Source: an uncultured Acidobacteriota bacterium
GTDB taxonomy: Bacteria > Acidobacteriota > UBA6911
Assembly (NCBI GenBank): GCA_963809485.1
Contig: CAWEJX010000004.1
Span: 64,001-128,000 of the forward strand
DNA: 64,000 nucleotides
Direction: 5' to 3'
Shown here piece by piece: positions 59,740-64,000 of the stretch. The notes beneath the pieces are model-generated. The model did not search any database. It was given only the letters and a program-made list of their open reading frames with translations, and was not told the origin of the DNA. Each line of letters opens with the position of its first letter. Positions within the stretch are counted from its first letter, which is position 1. Made by a program: the position numbers and the translations under genes.

Positions 59740-61545
59740 TCAGTCCGGAAGATGCGCTGCCTTGCCGGGAATCACGGGTATCGCCGTGAATTGATCCTGA
59801 TTTTGGAAAACGCCTATTGCCGTAAAGCTTCCGCCGCCTTGAGCCCGTATCACAATCGATCCTTTGTAGCGAAACTCGGAGTCATTGAGATCTTCATGGA
59901 GATAGCGGGCGACCTGCTGTCCGGGGGCAAGGCGAATCGTAATTCTGTCTTTGTCCAGCTTGCCCATCTGGTCGACGAGCCCGATCTTTATCGTGACGTT
60001 TCGCGACGTTGGGTTCGACAGTGCATACGAGGTTAATTGGCGCTGGCTGTAGTCGTCATAAACGGGAATCGTGGCATACTGCATCAGCGCGGATGGGAGC
60101 ACTCCGACGGCGCTGGTCAACACTTCGTCGATCACAAGTTTATACATCGATACGGCATAAACGGATCCTCCGGAACTCAGAATTTCGGCGGACCCCACCT
60201 TGACAGGATCCTCGGGATTCAGGGCTTCGGCAATCACAAAACCGACGCTTCCAGGGGCCAAATCAAAAGAGAACTCGGAATCGATCACGCTTACGGGATC
60301 GCTGCCGGGAAGGCTCCAGGTGGCATTGACTGCGAAGGGATTTCCCAGCTGATCAAAAAGCCTGAGGGTGGCCGAGGTGGTGTCCGCACCATTGTTACCA
60401 ATGGTGATCACCGTGGCGTACCCTCCGCCTGCAGCGAACTGCGAGAAAAATGTGGCGACGCCCAGCGCTCCCGACACCTTCCGTACCCTGTGATTTCCGG
60501 TGTCCGCAATGAGCAGATTACCCAAAACATCGGCGACGACTCCTACCGGGCCGTTGAGCCGGGCTGATGTTGCGGGGCCGCCATCCCCGGTGAAACCGAT
60601 TGCGCCCATGCCCGCAATAGTGGTGATGACACCCTCTGGCGTTACCTGGCGAACTGCGTTGTTATATGTGTCCGCGACGAGCACATTGCCCCACGCATCA
60701 AGCTTGACGCTGGATGGCGAATTCATTTCTGCGGAAATTGCGGGCCCCCCGTCGCCGCCGTAACCGAAGGAGGAACTGCCGGCAATGGTCGTGATAATTC
60801 CAGCCGGACTGACTTTGCGGATTCGATTGTTGAAGGTATCCGCAATATAAATGCTGCCGTCCGGACCAATTTCGACCCCAAAGGGAGCGTTGAGAAGAGC
60901 CGAGGTGGCCGGGCCTCCGTCTCCGTCGAAACCGCTGAGTGTACCTCCGGCCACGGTGCTTATAATTCCCGTGCGCGTCACTTTGCGAATGCGATTATTG
61001 AAGGTATCCGCTATATAGAGGTTGCCCTGCACATCGATATCTATACCGAAAGGATTGTTGAGCTGGGCTGATGTGGCGAGCCCTCCATCGCCGCTGAAAC
61101 CCGGTGTCCCCTTGCCGGCGACGGTTGTGATGATTCCCGACTGCGATATTTTGCGGATGCGGTTATTATAGCGGTCCGCCAAATAAAGGTTGCCGTCCGG
61201 GTCAAAGGCCAATCCGGAAGGAGCCGATAGTGCCGCCGACGTGGCCTGGCCTCCATCCCCGCTGAAACCCTGCATCCAGATGCCGGCTATGGTGCTGATC
61301 TTCCCGTCTGCCGTAAGCTTGCGGATGCGATGATTGAAGGTGTCCGCCAGATAGATATTTCCCGCGGGATCAACCTCAAGGCTCAACGGGCTGTTCAGCT
61401 CCGCAGAAAGGGCCGGAATGCCGTCGCCGTTATAGCCTTGCGCCCCGTTGCCGGCAATCGTGTTGATAACGGATGCTGCAAATACAGATGCACCGGCTAA
61501 CGCGATGCATAAAGCGGCTGCGCCGATTCTAAAAAATGTCTTCAT
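59740..61545 (-). CDS. Secreted NHL-repeat beta-propeller protein
   Basis: About six repeats of GF.GDGG.ATSA.L..P.G...D..GN.Y.AD..N.RIRK; signal peptide. Confidence 0.92.
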   Translation of the reverse strand: MKTFFRIGAAALCIALAGASVFAASVINTIAGNGAQGYNGDGIPALSAELNSPLSLEVDPAGNIYLADTFNHRIRKLTADGKISTIAGIWMQGFSGDGGQATSAALSAPSGLAFDPDGNLYLADRYNNRIRKISQSGIITTVAGKGTPGFSGDGGLATSAQLNNPFGIDIDVQGNLYIADTFNNRIRKVTRTGIISTVAGGTLSGFDGDGGPATSALLNAPFGVEIGPDGSIYIADTFNNRIRKVSPAGIITTIAGSSSFGYGGDGGPAISAEMNSPSSVKLDAWGNVLVADTYNNAVRQVTPEGVITTIAGMGAIGFTGDGGPATSARLNGPVGVVADVLGNLLIADTGNHRVRKVSGALGVATFFSQFAAGGGYATVITIGNNGADTTSATLRLFDQLGNPFAVNATWSLPGSDPVSVIDSEFSFDLAPGSVGFVIAEALNPEDPVKVGSAEILSSGGSVYAVSMYKLVIDEVLTSAVGVLPSALMQYATIPVYDDYSQRQLTSYALSNPTSRNVTIKIGLVDQMGKLDKDRITIRLAPGQQVARYLHEDLNDSEFRYKGSIVIRAQGGGSFTAIGVFQNQDQFTAIPVIPGKAAHLPD

Positions 61546-62120
61546 CGAAAAAACTCCTTGCCTTGGGAACTCGGGGGATGAACGGTTGACAATTTCCACC
61601 CATGACTTCGCGTTTATAATACTTGTTTATGTTTTGGACGCAAGCAAGAACGGCTTATGCGCCAGTTTCTCTTCAGGCGGAGAGCAAGGGAAGCTGTCAG
61701 GAAGCAAAGGCTTTTCGCCCCGATAACGCATCAGCAAAACTCCGGTCTTGACGGGAGACTTCATAGAGTTTGGCTGCTTCGGGACCATGGGATCAGGAAA
61801 TCAGACATACGCTGAAAATAATGATGATGAACGTTCAGGACTTCATTTCAGTCAAGATAAGGATCAGCAGCCAAAGGACTCGAATCAGAGATGCATATTT
61901 TCTGCGACAGATGAATATTTTTTAAATGCACCTAATAAGTTCTTTATTATCAATGATATAATAATTTATCATCAAAAACTGATCCTCGATTGCCCTCCAA
62001 GTGTATATTGAATGCATACACCTGAAGCAAAACAGTAAACGGTTTATTCAACCCAAATAATCGTATAAATACTTTAATAATAATAACTTAGCCGTAATGG
62101 TCGAGCCTTTTGGAATGATT

Positions 62121-62136
62121 TGGCACGCAAAGTGCA
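62121..62136 (+). promoter_or_regulatory. Sigma-54 (-24/-12) promoter
   Basis: TGGCACGCAAAGTGCA (GG-N10-GC) after an AT-rich stretch, 63 bp before the ATG. Confidence 0.65.
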
Positions 62137-62199
62137 TTAATCAAGGACGTCATGAAAGAAGCAATAAATAAAATAAAAAATTCCTGGGAGGAAAAAGCG

Positions 62200-63381
62200 A
62201 TGTCACAGACACTATCAAAAACCGATGGGCTTAACGTGCTGGTGGTGGACGATGAAGAGGTTTTATGCCAGAGCGTGGAGAAAATCCTGAAAAGAAAAGG
62301 GCACAAGGTTGATATGGTAACCACTGTTGCCGATGCCTTGAAGCGCCTGGACGCCGGCAGCCGTTACGACCTTATCATTGCCGATCTGATGATGCCGCAA
62401 GCGGGCGGCTTGGATCTTCTGGCGGCTGTTCAGACAAGCTGGCCTGAACTTCCGGTGCTGATCATCACGGGCTTCTCTTCCATCGCGTCGGCAGTTGAGG
62501 CAACCAAGCTGGGTGCTGCCGGATACCTTCCCAAGCCGTTCACGCCAGATGAACTGGAACAGGCGGTCAGCGAGGTGCTTTTTCGGAACCCGGTGAAGTC
62601 CGAAGATCCGGAAACCGAATCCGATGAGATTCTTGACGTCGATATGCCGTTCAGCGTCAAAGAGCTTGAAAAGGCGACTTCCGCGAGCTATGTCGAGCGC
62701 CTGTCGAGATCGGATATGCCGATTGTCGCGGCCAAGCCGATGCCGGCCGAGGATTTCTGTTCGCTGGGCCAGCGCGCCTGCAAGAAGTTCCTGAAAAAGG
62801 GCGTCTGCCAGCAGGATGAATGCCCAATCGTTACCGCGGAAAGGAAGAAAGGGCGCGCCGCTGCGGCCACCGAGTACGTTTTCGATCCGATCGATGTGGA
62901 CATGCCTTTCAGCATCGCCGAATTGACAGCCCTCACCAGCGAAGCTTATGTCGCCGCGCTTGGGCGTTCCGACATGCCGATTGCAGGACATTGGGGACAG
63001 TTTGCTCCTTCGGCCCACAAGGTCCTCGTAGTGGACGACGAAGCCGTCGTGGTCAACAGCATCCGGAAGATTCTCACGAGAAAGGGTTTCGCCATTCAGG
63101 AGGCTTTCAGCTGCAAGGATGCGCTGGCCCAGGTTTTCGCGCAGGATTACGACCTCGTCCTGCTGGATATGAAGATGTCTGACGGCAACGGCCTCGATGT
63201 TCTGCAGAGAATAAAGGCCAAGAGACCCGATCTGCGCGTGGTCATCGTGACAGGGTACGCATCCATCGACACGGCCGTGGAAGCAATTCAGAAGGGTGCA
63301 AGCGACTACATGGCTAAGCCCTTCACCCCGGATGAGCTGTACACCGTGACCAACCGCGTACTTGGGACTGCCGCCGCATAA
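62200..63381 (+). CDS. Response regulator with two receiver domains and a repeated, Cys-containing linker
   Basis: VLVVDDE...ADLMMP...KPF and VLVVDDE...LDMKM...KPF; GGAGG RBS. Confidence 0.9.
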   Translation: MSQTLSKTDGLNVLVVDDEEVLCQSVEKILKRKGHKVDMVTTVADALKRLDAGSRYDLIIADLMMPQAGGLDLLAAVQTSWPELPVLIITGFSSIASAVEATKLGAAGYLPKPFTPDELEQAVSEVLFRNPVKSEDPETESDEILDVDMPFSVKELEKATSASYVERLSRSDMPIVAAKPMPAEDFCSLGQRACKKFLKKGVCQQDECPIVTAERKKGRAAAATEYVFDPIDVDMPFSIAELTALTSEAYVAALGRSDMPIAGHWGQFAPSAHKVLVVDDEAVVVNSIRKILTRKGFAIQEAFSCKDALAQVFAQDYDLVLLDMKMSDGNGLDVLQRIKAKRPDLRVVIVTGYASIDTAVEAIQKGASDYMAKPFTPDELYTVTNRVLGTAAA

Positions 63382-63402
63382 GGCATCATCGCAACGGCTC
63401 CG

Positions 63403-63453
63403 AAAACAGCCGCAGATCGCCAAAATCGCGCGATCTGCGGCTGTTTTTGTTTT
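63403..63453 (+). terminator. Intrinsic terminator
   Basis: AAAACAGCCGCAGATCGC-loop-GCGATCTGCGGCTGTTTTTG. Confidence 0.7.
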
Positions 63454-63765
63454 GGGACCCGTTCGTCAGCACTTATGTCAACGCAGGTCCGCCTTTTCGA
63501 CCATGGCGTTGTCAAACTCCATCCGTCCCCCGGCAAGGCCCGTGGTTCGCCGGTGGAATATCCTGTCCGCGGCAGGCACTGAGGATTGGACTGTCCAAGT
63601 CTGCGTCTGTCGACTATAATCGCGACAGGTTCGAGCTTTGGACGTTGCAGTGCGTGCATCGCCGGTGGAGAGAATCTCTGCAATCGGCAAAAGCATCCCG
63701 CACTGCCTGGCATAACAGGTAGGGGAATTGCCGAAATGGCGAGATTTGAAAGGGGAGAATTGGCG

Positions 63766-64000
63766 ATGATCAATGGGAATCAGAAAAAAGCCCATGTCGG
63801 AAGACGAGATTTTATAAAAACAACCACTATGGCGAGTATGGCTGCGACCATTCCGGGGACAAGCCTTCTAGGCCGGGACGCCGCCGGCTTTCCGAAGCCG
63901 CAAGCTGCAGGGAAAAAGAGAAATGTACTTTTCGTGGGCAACCCCCGTCCGGAACATGAGCGGCTGATCGAGTCCATTAAGTCCCTCAAGGAATTTGAAT
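63766..64000 (+). CDS. Tat-signal protein, N-terminal part (runs off window)
   Basis: Manual translation MINGNQKKAHVGRRDFIKTTT..., open to the window edge; GGGGAG RBS. Confidence 0.7.
   Translation, partial: MINGNQKKAHVGRRDFIKTTTMASMAATIPGTSLLGRDAAGFPKPQAAGKKRNVLFVGNPRPEHERLIESIKSLKEFE

Noticed and set aside
61748-62011. 87-aa ORF in the AT-rich intergenic region
   Set aside because: Atypical composition, weak TTG start and no motif; more likely upstream regulatory DNA for the sigma-54 promoter.
62263-63423. Long antisense ORFs (also 14501-15457, 15722-16954, 29197-30090, 40917-41834, 43597-44553)
   Set aside because: They shadow well-supported genes on the opposite strand, as expected in GC-rich DNA, and contain no recognisable motifs.

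Overview
A 64-kb, moderately GC-rich bacterial window of mostly accessory, redox and secreted-protein genes. Gene style suggests an anaerobic or facultative Acidobacteriota member (inference). No rRNA, tRNA or CRISPR array was recognised. Main signal 1 is four paralogs of a ~540-590 aa UGSC-type redox protein. Three carry an in-frame TGA in a U-x-x-C motif (USLC at 3492, UGTC at 18504, USQC at 44317-44319 on the minus strand). Each TGA is followed by a SECIS-like hairpin and each of these genes begins with an export signal peptide, so they look like exported selenoproteins that the ORF track splits in two. The fourth paralog (57619) has A-G-M-G at that site, with no hairpin and no signal peptide. 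Main signal 2 is a family of transposase-less IS200/IS605-type palindromic elements (at least 7 copies, 39 to ~396 bp) with nested inverted repeats and a TAAT target. One 39-bp copy sits in a sugar-kinase remnant, which fixes its boundaries, and two copies bracket a selenoprotein gene. Also present: a wHTH/uppS/B12 radical SAM module with twin 19-bp palindromic operators, a GntR-linked promoter with twin operators and a structured leader, a sigma-54-type double-receiver protein with an unusual repeated linker, several REP-like families and several gene remnants. All calls come from reading motifs by eye; no database searches were run.
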